NCBI GenBank assembly: GCA_043228905.1 | Contig: JBHGNT010000017.1 | Span: 9,424,001 to 9,488,000 of the forward strand | Length of the DNA: 64,000 nucleotides | Reading direction: 5' to 3' | From: Azolla caroliniana | Taxonomy: Eukaryota; Plantae; Polypodiophyta | Notes under the pieces: model-generated | What the model was told of the DNA's origin: nothing | Seen by the model: only the letters and a program-made list of their open reading frames with translations | Database searches by the model: none | Part shown: in pieces, positions 24,401 through 38,500 of the stretch | How the letters are laid out: each line of letters starts with the position of its first letter | Numbering within the stretch: the stretch's first letter is position 1 | Program-made: the position numbers and the translations under genes

Positions 24401-26804
24401 GCGACAGTACTCCTGGAACTGCCCCCGGTATTCCCCTCCGTTATCCGCTCGTATCGCTTTCAGCTTCTTGCCGGATTCCCTTTCCACTCTCGCGTGGAGT
24501 TCTTTGAAGACGCACAACACTTGGTCCTTTGTCTTCAGCGGTGCCGTCCACAGCTTCCGGCTGTGATCATCAATGAATGTTACGAAGTACTGGGCTCCGC
24601 CATGTGACTTCGTTTCTACCTGACACACATCAGTGTGCACCAACTCCAATGGTGTGCTACGTCTCGTCGGTGGCCTTGAGTGGAAGGAGGTTCGGTTCTG
24701 CTTACCGGCCAGGCAATCGGTGCACTTCTCCAGGTGCACATGCTTCACTGGAATAAGGTTGTCTTCTGCAAGCCTCTTCATCCCCTTCTCACTCATGTGA
24801 CACAGTCTTTTGTGCCACAGCTCACCGGCAGTGTCGGCTGCCACATTTAGCTCTTCAGGACATAACCGGGCATTCATCAGGTACAGTGTGTTGTCTTTCC
24901 GGGCCCGAGCCACTATCAGGCTCCCCTTGCTGAACTTCATTACGCCGTTCCGGATGCTACCTGTGTAGCCTTCATCGTCTAGCCTCCCGGCCGAAATCAG
25001 GTTCAATCGAACCTCCGGAACGTGTCGGACATCCTTCAGCAGCATTTTGCATCCGGTCGGGGTTGTCAACCACACGTCTCCTATGCCGGCAATCCGGCAC
25101 GTACCTTCATTTCCCATCCGAACATAGCCATGCTCACCGGCTGTGTAGGATGAGAAGTATCTTCTCTCCGGGGTCAGGTGGAACGATGCTCCTGAATCGA
25201 CCACCCAGGTCGTCTCATCGCCGGCAATGTTTAGTTCACCTTCTTCGGTGATGAGCATGATTTCTTCCTCACTTGCCGCGAGTGCCGTTGTTCCTTTCCG
25301 GTCCTGCCCTCGCCGATCCGAACCTCTCCGGTCCGTGGCTCCCCGGTATGCACCGTTTCTCTCCGGTGACTTCTTCGAATCGGTGTCGTCGGCTCCGTTG
25401 TCTTTTCGGTAATGCCGACAATTCTTTCGGAAGTGCCCCGGCTTCCCACAGTGGAAGCATGTGGGCCTTCCTCTTGACTGCGACCGGGCCCCGACTTTTC
25501 CCGTCTTTGCGGACTCCGGTTCCATTGTCTTCCCCGATCCGATTCGGTAAGCAGCGCCTTCGTGTCGGAGGCCGGTTCTTTATCTCTCCGACGCGCTTCT
25601 TCGTTCAAAATACTTGTCTTTACCGTTTGTAAGGACAAGTTATCTTCGGTGCAGGAGGTGTTGAGAGTCACCACCAAGTTCTCCCAGCTTTCCGGCAATG
25701 TACACATCAGGATGATGGCTTGCATTGCATCCTCCAACGGGAACTTGATCGCCGCAAGCTGATTCACGAATCCCATGAACGTGCTTACGTGTTCCACCAT
25801 ACTCTCGCCGTCCCGGTACTTGAGATTCACTATCTTCCTCATCAGGGAGGTCCGGTTCAACGCATTCTTCCTCTCATAGAGGCCCGACAGCTTCCGCCAC
25901 ATCTCATATGCGTTGGTGTCGTTCGCCACATGTTGTAGAACGCTCACGTCGACGTATTGCCGAATGGTTGCAACGGCTTTCCGGTTCAGAAGCCTCCATT
26001 CCGACTCAAGTACCCCCTTCGGTATTTCCGACCTGTCAATCGGTTCGTACAGGTCCCGAACAATCAGAAGATCCTCCATCTTGATCTTCCAGTCGGCGTA
26101 ATTCTGCGCATTCAGCACCATCATCCCCGGCTGCCCGCTGCCGCCGCCTTCCATTTTCTGCAGCAGCTCGCTCTGATACTAGTTTGTTGGGAATCGACGC
26201 TTCGATTCACCTTCTTCACTCGGCCACAACCAAGTAATCTTCGAATCAATGCAGCAGAAAATAGGAACCACAGAGAGAAACACACGAATACACAGGGATT
26301 AACGTGGAAAACCCTAGATGGGAAAAACCACGGGAGTACAAGACTCCAAACCAACACTATACAAAGAGAAGTATACAATGGCGAGCTGCAAGGCGACGAC
26401 CTTGAGCTCGCTGTCCTCGCCACAGGCGGCGGAAATATACAGAGGCGTCGTCCTCTTCCTCTCTCTCATGCTCTATCTCTCTCTCTCTCTCTCTCACGGC
26501 TGCTCCCTCTTCACTCCTCTTGAGTGGAAAAACAGAAAAAAAATGATCAGTAACACTAAAACAGTTTGCCCTAAGTCATATTTATACATATATGACTTTG
26601 GGGCTATTTACAACTGTAGCCTCAGGGGCCCATAGCAAACATATTCACGGATATGTCCCTGCATCCGGATCGCTCTCCGGGTACATTCGTCATCCGGCTC
26701 CGAAGCCGGGGTCTTCATCATCCGGTTCCGAAACCGAAACCGGGCTCGTCGGCATTCATCTCCGACATCCGACCATCCCATCCGAAGGGACTATAATCCC
26801 GACA
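21452..26804 (-). mobile_element. Copia H (Tnt1/Tork-like), full length, recently inactivated
   Basis: 620-bp LTRs at 21452-22071 and 26185-26804 with about 5 differences; TSD ctttg; tRNA-iMet PBS with TGG>TAG change at 26170-26181; PPT at 22074-22084. Confidence 0.97.
22082..26154 (-). pseudogene. Copia H gag-pol with one frameshift (~25500) and one stop (23888)
   Basis: ORFs 25231-26154, 23888-25525 and 22082-23782 are near-identical to the intact ORF 36125-40198. Confidence 0.95.
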
Positions 26805-28729
26805 CTTTGTACCTTGGAGGGTTGCAGGCATCTCCCAGTTTCAACTTGTACACCCACTTGTTTTAGAGTGCGCACTTTCCTTTCGGCAACTCCACCAATT
26901 CATACGTGTGGTTCTCATGAAGGGCATTCATCTCATCCTGCATGGAACTCAAGCACTTGCGGCTATGGGTGTCACCATTCGCTTCTTTGAAGCTTTCCGG
27001 CTCCCCCTCATCGGTCAGCAGCACATACTCTGCATATGGAAATCTCCGAGGGGACCTTCTCTCTTTGAGAGGATATCTCTGTCTTTGGCTTTCGGCAACC
27101 GACTCCTCTATTTGTTCTTCATCCGAATCCGATTCGGGGTCTTGGCCGGTTCCGGTTTCAACTTCCTCTACTTCTTCTTCTGCCGGTTCGATATCCTCAC
27201 CATAACTGCCTGGTTCCTCGAGTGTCAACCGACACTTAGCCAAGCGGGTCCGAATCTCATCGGAGTTCATTATCTTCTTCTCCGACTCCCAGTTGGCAAG
27301 AGTATTGTCCTTCATGAAGATAATGTCTCAGCTCCGGAAAACCTTCTTGTCAACCGGATCCCACACTTGGTAGCCGAACTCATCATCGCCGTATCCGAGG
27401 AATATGCATGGCCGAGTCTTTGGATCCAACTTTCCTCTCTGGTACTTAGCAACATGCACGTACACGAGACACCCGAACACCTTCAAATGTTGGTAGGACA
27501 CTTCCTTACCGGTCCACACCTTTTGCGGCTTGTCTCCATCCAAGGGCACTGAGGGTGATCTGTTTATCCCATACGTCGTTGTCGATAGCGCCTCAGCCCA
27601 AAATGTCTTGGGTAGTTTAGCATGTGCTAGCATACTCCGGACCCTCTCCATTATGGTCCGGTTCATCCTCTCGGCTAGCCCGTTTAGTTCTGGCGTCTTC
27701 GGCACGGTAAATTCGAGCCAGATTCCCTTCGAGCGGCAGTACTCTTCGAACTGCCCTCAGTATTCCCCTTCGTTATCTGCTCGAACCTCCTTCAACTTCC
27801 GTCTGGTTTCTCTTTCCACTCTTGTGTGGAGCTCCTTGAAGACTGATAACACCTGATCCTTCATCTTCAACGGTGTGGCCCACAGCCTCCTGCTGTGGTA
27901 ATCTATGAACGTCACGAAGTACTACGCTCCGGCATGGGACTTCGTGTCCACTTGACACACATCGGTATGCACCAACTCCAATGGTGCATTGCGTCTCATC
28001 GGTGGTCTTGATTGGAAGGAGGTTCGGTTTTGCTTATTGGCTAGGCAGTTGGTGCATGTCTCAAGATGCAAGTTCTTCACCGGAATGAGGTTGTCATCGG
28101 CAAGCCTCTTCATCTCCTTCATGCTCATGTGACACAGTCTCTTGTGCCACAACTCACTGGTAGTATCGGAAGCCATGTTCACTTCTTCCAGGCATAACCA
28201 AGCATCCATCAGGTACATCATGTTGACCTTCTAGGCCCAAGCCACTAGCAGGCTCCCTTTGCTGAATTTCATGACTCCGTTCCGGATGCTACCCGTGTAG
28301 CCTTCATCATCTAGCCGACCGGCTAATATCAGGTTCAGTCGAACCTCCGGAACGTGTCAAACATCCTTTAGCAGCAGCTTGCATCCGGTTGGTGTTGTCA
28401 ACCACACATCTCCTATGCCGACAATTCGGCATGTCCCTTCATTCCCCATCCGGACACAGCCATGATCACTGACTGTGTAGGATGAGAAGCATTTCCGGTC
28501 CGGGGTAAGGTGGAACGATGCTCCGGAATCGACAACCCATGTTGTCTCGTCACCGGCAAGGTTCAACTCACTCTCCTCGGTGATGAGCATCAACTCTTCT
28601 TCACTTGATGCGATTGCCGTCGTTCCCTTCCGGTCCGGTGTCCGCTTCGAATCAGTACCGTCCGTTTCCTTGTCTTTTCGGAAGTGCCGACAGTTCTTCT
28701 GGAAGTGTCCCGGCTTGCCACAATAAAAG

Positions 28730-29876
28730 TGTAAAGAATCGAGAGATGGATTCTTGTGAAGCGGAAGAGATATGAGTTATGTGTGTGTATGAGAGAGAGA
28801 GAGAGTGAGAGAGACAAGGAATAAGACACAGAGAATACGCAAGGTTAAGTATATTAACAAAGGAGAAAGACTCAACATTGTAGAAGGTGGGAGGAGGGTG
28901 CTTAATGTAGTCACCCTCTCTCTTCATTAACTAGAAGACTCATGGAGCATGGGGAATGTGAAAGCTCATAAGTTATGTGTCATAGAATATGATTCTATGA
29001 CTCATACTAAATGCTAGAATACAAAGTGGTGACTTAATGGTGACTCTTGACCATTGGAGTGTCTATTCACTCTCAAGGTGAGTTCACACACTAAACCAAG
29101 TTGAGCTTGATTCTCAACACGCCCCCTCAAGCTCAAGTCGGGTCGGTTTCAGATGGTATCCGAAATCCGCTTCGACTCGCGTTCTGGAGTCCGCATCGAT
29201 TCGCGTCGACTCGCATTTATGCGGAGTTGCGGAATCCGTGCTCCAGCTTGCATTGTGCGTAGTTGCGAAGTCTGTGCTTCAGCTTGCGTCTTTCTTCACG
29301 GCTTTGTGTGGTAGATCAGCTCTTCGCGGCTTCATTGCGTGGTTGCGTAATCCACGCGTTCTTGCGTAGTGTGCGCGGCTTGCGGAATCCACGCGTTATT
29401 GCGTAATGTCTTTAGTACTCCCCCTCAAGCTTGGCGGGTCAGGGATCGTCAATCCGAGATCGGTCATGAATTGCCACATCTTGTCAGCTCCTAAAGCTTT
29501 AGTGAAGATGTCGGCCGTTTGAAGATTGGTGCTAATATGTTGTAGGTCAACATCGCCAGCTAGAACACGCTCTCGGATGAAGTGATAGTGCACTTCGATG
29601 TGCTTTGTCCGCGCGTGGAACACCGAGTTTCGAGCCAGATAGATACTGCTCATGTTGTCGTAGTAAAGGGAAGTCGGATCCTTGATGGGTATGCCCAGAT
29701 CCTTGAGTATCCGTTTGAGCCATACGGCTTCACATGCAGCCATTGCCGCGCTTCTGTATTCCACCTCTATGCTCGAAAGAGCGACGGTTGGTTGCTTTTT
29801 GCTGCTCCAGGATATTGCTCCGCTGCCGAGGGACAAAACAAATCCGGAGGTTGATCTTCTATCAGCTTTGTACCAC
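28730..29876 (-). mobile_element. Copia I, 3' fragment (LTR plus RNase H)
   Basis: LTR 28730-29119 is the reverse complement of the Copia J LTR family; two PPT-like tracts; RNase H ORF 29396-29836. Confidence 0.88.
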
Positions 29877-31842
29877 TGATGTAATATTGGGTTATCCTTG
29901 GTTCTATAATAAAAACTCTTCTTTATCTATTGATTGGGTTCATCATTCAATAACTTTTGTATTGAACGATTGTACTCATTTTATTCAATGTGTAAAAAAA
30001 CAATCCCTCTCGATTGTTTCCTCTCCATCAATATCTGAGTTGTCTTGTTCTACTCTATTTTATTGTGTACTTGATTTGGACATTCACGTTTACAATATCG
30101 ATAATGTCTTGGTTCAATTAACATATTTTGAACAACTACAACTTGATGAAATCTTAAATGATATTCGTGATGTTTTTTCCGAGTGAACTACCAGATGGAT
30201 TACCTCCTAAACTTAATATAGACCATCGTATAGATATTGTACCTAGCGTTGCACCAATAAGTATACCTCCTTATCGCTTAAGTCGATCCGAAGAGGATGA
30301 GGTATCTAAGCAACTCAAGGACTATTTACGAATGGGTTTTATACGTTATAGTAAATCTCCATGGGGTGCACCAGTTCTCTTGGTGAAAAAGAAAGAGGGC
30401 ACATGGCGTATGTGTATTAATTACCGACGCTTGAATAAAGTGATGATCAAGAATTCATATCCATTGCCCCAACCTGACGATCTAATTGAACATCTCCAGG
30501 GAGCTCGGTATTTTACGAAACTTGATCTCCGTACTCGCTACCATTAAATTCGTATAAGTGAGGACAATGTTCCTAAAACGGCATTTCGTACACGCTATGG
30601 CCATTATGAGTTTCTGGTTATTCTTTTTGGTTTGACAAATACTCCGACTACATTTCAACAAGAAATGAATGACATTTTCTGAGAACAACTTGGAAAATTT
30701 ATCGTTATTTTCTTGGATGATATTTTAGTTTATAGCCATACATTACAAGAACATGCTAAATATGTCCGCGTTGTTTTACAAACATTTTGTGACAAACAGT
30801 TTTATGCGAAGATCTCAAACTGTGAGTTCTTCAAGAAATCAATTACTTATCTTGGACATCTCATAACCGAACGAGGAGTTGAAATTGATCATTCTCGCAT
30901 CGAGAAAATCAAGCTTTGGCCCACTCATCGAAATATTCGAGAAGTTCAATCATTCCTTGGTTTTGTCGGGTTTTTGCTAAAATCCCTTCGTAATTACTCC
31001 CAATTGATGACGTCGTTTACTGATCTTCTAAAAGGTCAAATGCGTAAGTCTACAAAACCTATTGTCTGGAATGCTACACTACAGTGAGGAAGGAACTCAA
31101 GGACCTGGTGTGCAAGGCTTGCTCACTTCTTTTACCCGATCCTTCAAAACCTTTTGAGGTTGAAACTGATGCAAGCGATTATGTTATAGGTGTTGTCTTA
31201 TATCAATATGGTAAACCAATAGCATTCGAGAGTAAGAAACTTGATTCTGCTCAATGCCGGTATACCGTTCAAGAAAAGGAATTGTTTGTAGTTATACATG
31301 CGCTCAAAACATGGCGCCATTATCTTTATGGAAATCGCTTTGTGGTAACTACGGACCACGAGTCCTTGAAATATTTTTGTGACCGACAAGACCTGAAAGG
31401 TCGTAAGGCACGATGGGCTCTGATCTTATCCAGGACTTTGATTTTTCCATACGATATCGTAAAGGTTCTGTGAACATTGTCGCTAATTCACTAAGTCGCA
31501 TATGTGAAGTTAGCATGCTTAGCTTCACTGAAATAACATCAGATCTTTATGATCACCTTCAAGGAAAGTATCCTGATGATAATTATTTTGTGAAATACTG
31601 GGCAAGAGTTGAGTTTGGAATAAACACCACCACATCCTCGAAGGGATCCTTTCACATTGCTAACGGTCTATACTACCGTAATGGGAAGGTTTGTGTTCCA
31701 GATTTGCCTGAGGTCAAAAAGAGAATTCTTTTTGAATGCCATGATGCACCCTCTACGGGGCACCGTGGAATACATCGTACACTCTTTCTCATCTCCACTC
31801 AATTCTATTGGCCTAAGATGCGCCTTGACATACATAGCTATG
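29877..31842 (+). pseudogene. Gypsy C protease end, RT, RNase H and integrase zinc finger
   Basis: [48 protein letters not shown]...GHRG...FYWP. Confidence 0.92.
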
Positions 31843-34800
31843 TGTTACCCATAAGAATATACGGGGAGGCATAAGGGTATGTGTAATGATGTGGTTGATG
31901 TGTATGTGTAAAATAAATGAGTGTGTGAGGATGAGTATGTGTGAGCACATGCACAATTATGTGCATGTGACAAGAGTGTAACGGTCGTCTCTTTTGTAAC
32001 GGTCATTATTTATCGTTACATTATGTATTATATAAACCCCTTATGGGGCATCTAATGGATATACATTTTTCCCCTCTCATTTTGTGTCATTTTCAATTTG
32101 TCTTTCTCTCTTGCTCTCTCCCTAACGTAACCCCCTTGGGAGGGGGGTGAAGCCATTCTAGGCTTCACTCCCCACCCCGACAACACTTTTGGCACGCCTG
32201 AACGGACGACCCTCCCTTGAGAAGAAGTTTCACTCTCTCTTTCCATCAAGAAAATCTCTCTCCATCTATCTGCGTGTTTGTTTGTCCCCTCTGTTAGAGA
32301 GTGATGCATACCATACATTTTGATTTATGAGTCATGAAATATTTTCTACTCGTAACCTACATAAGTAAAGCTAGTCATATGATGTTCTTGTTACTTATCT
32401 TATTTCTCTAATTAGTTCTATGTGTGTTGTTTTCTATTGTGGGGATTTATCAAATTCTTCTTCTCATTAAAGTCTCATCATCTCAATCGTCTTTTGCTCA
32501 CTTGGAGGCAAAAACTCTGGCTTCTAGATGGAAACAATCTAATCTCTCTTCTAGCTTGGTCTAATTTAGAGACATCCGGAGATGGTCGGTGGTGCGAGTT
32601 CTTGTCAGGATGGCAATCACTCATGGAGTTCATGATGAGCATGTGAGAGAACGAGAGGAAGAAGAGATAGATCCATTTGAAGCACAGAAGAAGAATAGAT
32701 GAAGAAGACACGAGGAGAGCAACCATGGTGTCTTCAAAGAAGAAAACATGCATCTATGACCTCCTCATCGTAGCTTCTCTCTCTTCCATTTTCAGTACTT
32801 GCCTCTGATCCTTGACATCGCTCAATGGCATCTAGTGTCAAAATCCACGTGTTCTCATCCCAATCCCCATATCACTTGCCACGAGGCAGATCTATTATAC
32901 CGTCTACAACTCCATCGCCACCCATGGGAAGCTCGAAGAGACCGCAGAGACCGCTGGACAATTGGTGAGACAGGTGGTAAAAAGAAGGTCCAACAACCGA
33001 CGAACGATGATGGCAACAACGGACGGACAGAGAGACGGTCGGCCAAACAGACGGCGACGACCTAGAGACATTCGGCCAAGGTAGTCGGCAAACAATGAAC
33101 AACGACAACTGACTGTCCGGCAGCCGGCTACCGACCGAGCGACAGCCGACGTCCGGCAGGGGGCCAGAAAAGCATGGTTGAACAGAGAACCGGTCAAATA
33201 GATAGACGACCATGGCCAGAAGTGTAAGAAAAGTTTAGAAGATAATGGGCTAGATTGACAATAGAGAACAAGAGAGAGTTTTCAAAGAATGAAGAACAAG
33301 GTAAGATCTTATATTAAAATAGGTGTATTGCAATTTAAGAACCTACAAAAAACTCTAGATGTAGTACCACACACATTTCCTAAACAATACTTTCATCCAT
33401 ATATATATACAAAGAAGTAACAACTAGCCGTTACTTCTTTGTAACTGTTGTTTTGTCTTTTTCCTTATTGTCTTTTGTAACTCATGTTTTGTCTTTATCC
33501 TCGTAACTCATGTCTTATCATTTGTGGTGTAAACAGGTAATCTTAACACCCCCCCCGTAGCTGTGACACCACCAACTCATCTATTTGGATGAATACTTAA
33601 TCCAATATGGTGGTAGCAACTCCAATGTTTTGCGTTGGGTACTGGCTTGGTAAGAAAATCAGCCCACATAGTTTGTGTTGAAGTATGTCCAATCGAGAGG
33701 TTAGATGCTTCAAGAAGTTCTGAGATGAAGTGATGCCGTGCACGGATATGCTTGTTCTGCTCTGTGATCTTGGGGTCCTTAGTGATTTTTATGCAGGATT
33801 GGTTGTCACACCATAACTTGAATTCAGAAATTTTGAGGATGGTAAGTTCATCAATGATGGACTTCAACCATAATCCTTCCTTAGTAGTGAGAGTAGCTGC
33901 TATATATTCTGCTTCAGTGGAAGAGAGGGCGACAGTAGCTTGTTTCTTTGTTCGCCATGAAATGGCACCACCTGCAAATAGGAATACATAGCCAGAGGTG
34001 GATCGAGAGGTATCCTTGTCCCCCCCCCAATCTGCATCCATCCAACCATGTAGTGGTGTTGATAGCCAGCCTTGGATATTTGAATGTTGGGCTTTAGAGT
34101 ATGATGTGTAAGTAAGTGTCATATCCCTTGTGTACTTTAGATACCGTAATACTCTTTTAAGTTCTTTCCAATGGTTAACTCCTGGATTCTCCATGAATCT
34201 TGATAGGTATCCAGTGGCAAAAGATAAGTCGGGTTGGGTGCAGCTGACGAGGTATCGAATGCTCCCCAACACTTGGCGATACGGGATATTCTTCATAAAG
34301 TAAGTTTCTTCAGTTGTATGTGGTGAATCTTCATATGATAATTTGCATGGTACTGTGAGGGGAGTGGAGATTGGAGAACACTCAAACATATCAAACTTGG
34401 TTAGTATATTATCAACAAAGTTTTCTTGTGATAGGGAGAGTGTACCTAGAGTTCGATTCCTTATATATATATTAGGTTCTGATTGAAGTTGTTGAAATTT
34501 GATTGATAAGAGGAACCTATGAAACTTGGCATACCATTTTCTAGGGGATTGTTTTAGGCCATATAAAGGTTTGTGAAGTTTACACACATACTTAGGGTCT
34601 ATATTATTATCTAACATTTGGGGTTGTTCCATATATATATCTTCTTCTAAATCACCATGTAAAAACGTTGTTTCAACATCAACATGATGAAGTTCAAGAT
34701 TTAAATATGCCGTAATGGCAAGAATCAATCGAAGTGCAGTGATCTTTAGAGTGGGTGAAAAAGTTTCATGGTAGTCCACACCTGGTATTTGTGAGAGTCC

Positions 34801-35506
34801 TCGAGCTACTAATCTCGCTTTGAACCTCACGGGAGTACCTAGGGCATCATATTTCTTTGTAAAAAGCCTCAAGTGATGACATTGGCGCGACAAGGCCGCG
34901 TTACTAATGTCCATGTGTGATTCTTTTGGAGTGCTGAGAATTCAGATTTAATTGCCGCAACCCAATTGTCTTTTTCTTTACTTTTTAATGCTTGCTTGAA
35001 GGTGAGAATTGGAGCTGTGTCGTAGTTGTCTCCTTCGATGATGGCTGCAAAGATGGATATGTCGGACTCTGTCTCTGTTGCGAAGTGACATGTGGACTTT
35101 TCAAGCACCTCGTCCTTAGTTGCATCATAGATATCACTAAGTAACCTTACCTTAGTCTTTTTAGCCCTAATTTCTTTGTCTTTTAAGGTTGTTTTGGAGA
35201 GGTTGCAGGTTTTTAGGCGGTCGAGATCCATATTCTCAGATATGGAGCTTTGTTTTCTTGCAGTCATGGAGGATGCACAGGGTTGGATGTGGTTGCCACT
35301 CGTATGCTCAGGTTCAAGGCTTCGAGTAATATATTGTGCAGTGGATTGATTGTTGCTTTTGAGGCTCCGGTCATACACTTGTTCACCTTCGGGGCTTTGA
35401 GCATCAGATTGGCGGAAAAATTGAGTACCAATTTTGAGATTTTGAGGATACTCTGAGGTGTAAGGTTGTAGGTGACCTGAACTTGTATGTTCAGATTCAC
35501 AATTTC

Positions 35507-38500
35507 TGTTGGGAATCAACGCTTCGATTCACCTTCTTCGCTCGGCCACAAGCGAGTAATCGCGGATCAATGCAGCAGAAAATAGGAAATACAGAGAAAG
35601 ACACGATACACAGGGATTAACGTGGAAAACCCTAAACGGGGAAAAAACCACGGGAGTACAAGACTCCAAACAACACTATACAGAGAAGTATACAATGACG
35701 AGCTCCAAGGCGACGACCTTGAGCTCGCTGTCCTCGCCACAGGCGGCGGAAATACACAGAGGCGTCTACCTCTTTCTCTCTCGCGCTCTCTCTCTTTCTC
35801 TCTCTCTCTCGGCTGCTCTCTCTTCACTCCTCTAAAGTGGAAAAACAGAAAAATGAGAAGCAACTACAAAACTGTTTGCCCTAAGTCATATTTATACTTA
35901 TATGACTTTGGGCTATTTACAACTGTAGCCTCAGGGGCCCATAGCGAACATATTCACGGATATGTCCCTGCATCCGGATCGCTCTCCGGGTACACTCGTC
36001 ATCCGGTACCGAAACCGGGGTCTTCGTCATCCGGATCCGAAACCGAAACCGGGCTTGTCGGCATTCATCTCCGATATCCGACCATCCCATCCGAAAGGGA
36101 CCGAAATCCCAACAAACTCCCCCTTCACTTCGGCATGGGATGTCTCTCCAATCCGATCCTCTTCCGGCATGCTTCCAGCTTGTCGGGTGTGAGCACCTTG
36201 GTCAGCATATCCGACCCGTTCTCGTCCGTGTGGATCTTTGTCAGCACGAACTCCTTGTCTTCTATCCTTTCCCGGATCCAGTGATATCTTCGCTGGATGT
36301 GCTTCGTCCGGGAGTGATAAGCCGCGTTCTTCGCAAGGTGGATTGCACTCTGACTGTCGCAGTAGAGTCGGTACTCCTCCTGCCGGATACCGAGCTCTCT
36401 AATGAAGTCCTTCATCCATATTATTTCCTTGCCGGCTTCAACAGCCGCCATGTACTCCGCCTCCGTGGTTGACAGCGCAACCGTCTTCTGCAGCCTCGAC
36501 TGCCATGAAACAGCTCCCCCTGCATACGTCATCACATACCCTGATGTGGACCGGCTGGTATCTGCATCAGCCGACATATCCGAATCGGTAAAGCCGTCGA
36601 GTTCGGGCTTTCCGGAGCCGAATCGGAGGCACACGTTTGCCGTGCCCTTCAGGTATCGGAGTATCCACTTGGCCGCGTTCCAATGCTCTTTGCCGGGATT
36701 GCTCATGTACCAGCTCACCACTCCGACTGCATATCCGATGTCCGGTCTCGTACACACCATGGCGTACATCAAGCTCCCGACTGCTGAGGCATACGGCACT
36801 TTCATCATATCCTCCTTTTCAGCCTTTGTCTTGGGACTTTGCTTGCTAGACAGCTTGCAGTTTGCAGGGAGGGTCGATCCGACCGGTCTTGCTTCCCACA
36901 TGTTGAACCGGTGAAGCACCTTCGTCACGTACTTCTCCTGTGACAGCCACAACTGCTTCTTCTTCCTGTCCCGGATGATGTGCATCCCTAGTATTTGCCT
37001 CGCCGGACCCAGGTCCTTCATTGAGAAGGTTCGGTGAAGAGCCTTCTTCAGCATCCGTATCTTGACCTGGTCCCGTCCGACGATCAACATGTCGTCCACG
37101 TACAGGAGGAGTATTAGGGAGTCTCCTCCTTCGAACTTCTTCACAAACACGCAGTGGTCGGACTGCGTTTTGAGGTACCCTTCGTCGGTCATGAAGGAGT
37201 CGAACTTCCGGTACCATTGCCGGGGAGCCTGCTTCAGTCCATAAAGGCTCTTCTTCAACCGGCATACCAGGTGCTCCTTCCCTTTCTTCTCGAATCCTTC
37301 CGGTTGCTGCATGTAGATCTCTTCATCGAGGTCACCGTGAAGGAATGCCGTCTTCACGTCCATCTGTTCTACCTCGAGGTCCATGCTTGCCGCTATGCTC
37401 AGCACCGTCCGGATGGAGGTCATCTTCACTACCGGGGCAAATATCTCGTTGAAGTCGACGCCCTTCTTCTGCTGAAACCCCTTCACCACGATCCTGGCTT
37501 TGTATCTCGGGGGGTTTCCGGCATCTCCCGGTTTCAGCTTGAACACCCACTTGTTTCGAAGTGCCCGCTTTCCTTTCGGCAACTCCACAAGTTCATATGT
37601 GTGGTTCTCATGCAGGGAATCCATTTCGTCCTGCATGGCACTCAACCACCTGCGGCTCTGGGTGTCTTGTTTTGCTTCTTCAAAGCTCTCCGGCTCCCCC
37701 TCGTCGGTTAGCAGCACGTGCTCTGGTTCCGGAAATCTCCGGGGGGCCCTTCTCTCTCTTAGAGGATATCTCCGTTCCGGAGCTTCGGTAACCGGTTCTT
37801 CCGATTCTTCTTCATCCGAATCCATTTCGGGATCGGGGCCGGTTCCGGTATCATTTTCATCTTCTTCGGCCGGTTCTGTTTCTTCACCGTCTTTGGCCGG
37901 ATCCTCGAGTGTTAACCGGTCCCTTGCCGGTCGGGACTGCTCCTCGTAGAGTTGATCCTCACCGATCGACTTGGAGCTCTTCATCTTCTTCTCCGACTCC
38001 CAGTCGGCGAGTGTCTTGTCCTCCATGAAGATGATGTCTCGACTCCTAAATATCTTCTTGTCGACCGGGTCCCATACTCGGTAGCCGAACTCGTCGTCGC
38101 CGTAACCGAGGAATATGCATGGCCGGGTCTTAGGATCTAGCTTTCCTCTCCGGTCCTTTGCCACATGCACGTATGCGAGACACCCGAACACCTTCAGATG
38201 CCGGTAGGACACTTCCTTACCGGTCCACACTTTCTGCGGCGTGTCTCCATCCAAAGGCACTGAGGGTGATCTGTTTATCACGTATGTCGCCGTCGACATT
38301 GCCTCAGCCCAAAACCCCTTGGGTAATTTCGCATGCGCCAGCATACTCCGGACCCGCTCCATTATGGTCCGGTTCATCCTCTCGGCCAGCCCGTTCAGTT
38401 CCGGCGTCTTCGGCACAGTAAACTCGAGCCGGATTCCCTTCGAGCGACAGTACTCCTGGAACTGCCCCCGGTATTCCCCTCCGTTATCCGCTCGTATCGC

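Larger units (their letters stand above)
19580..28729 (-). mobile_element. Copia G (Tnt1/Tork-like), degenerate, interrupted by Copia H, 5' part lost
   Basis: 3' LTR ~19580-20138 (left edge uncertain) next to PPT complement ctcccccttca. RH/RT 20150-21451; RT start, INT, PR and knuckle 26805-28729. Confidence 0.85.

Noticed and set aside
29150-29395. CRISPR-like or satellite array
   Set aside because: The repeats are short and degenerate, lack regular unique spacers, and lie in a retrotransposon 3' region of a eukaryotic sequence.
32630-32900. Possible degenerate gag start (MAITHG...) of insert K
   Set aside because: The frame has stops and no diagnostic Gag motif, so it could not be supported.
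35627-35635. Telo-box AAACCCTAA in the Copia M LTR
   Set aside because: It is a single copy, altered in H and absent in G; too common to support a claim.
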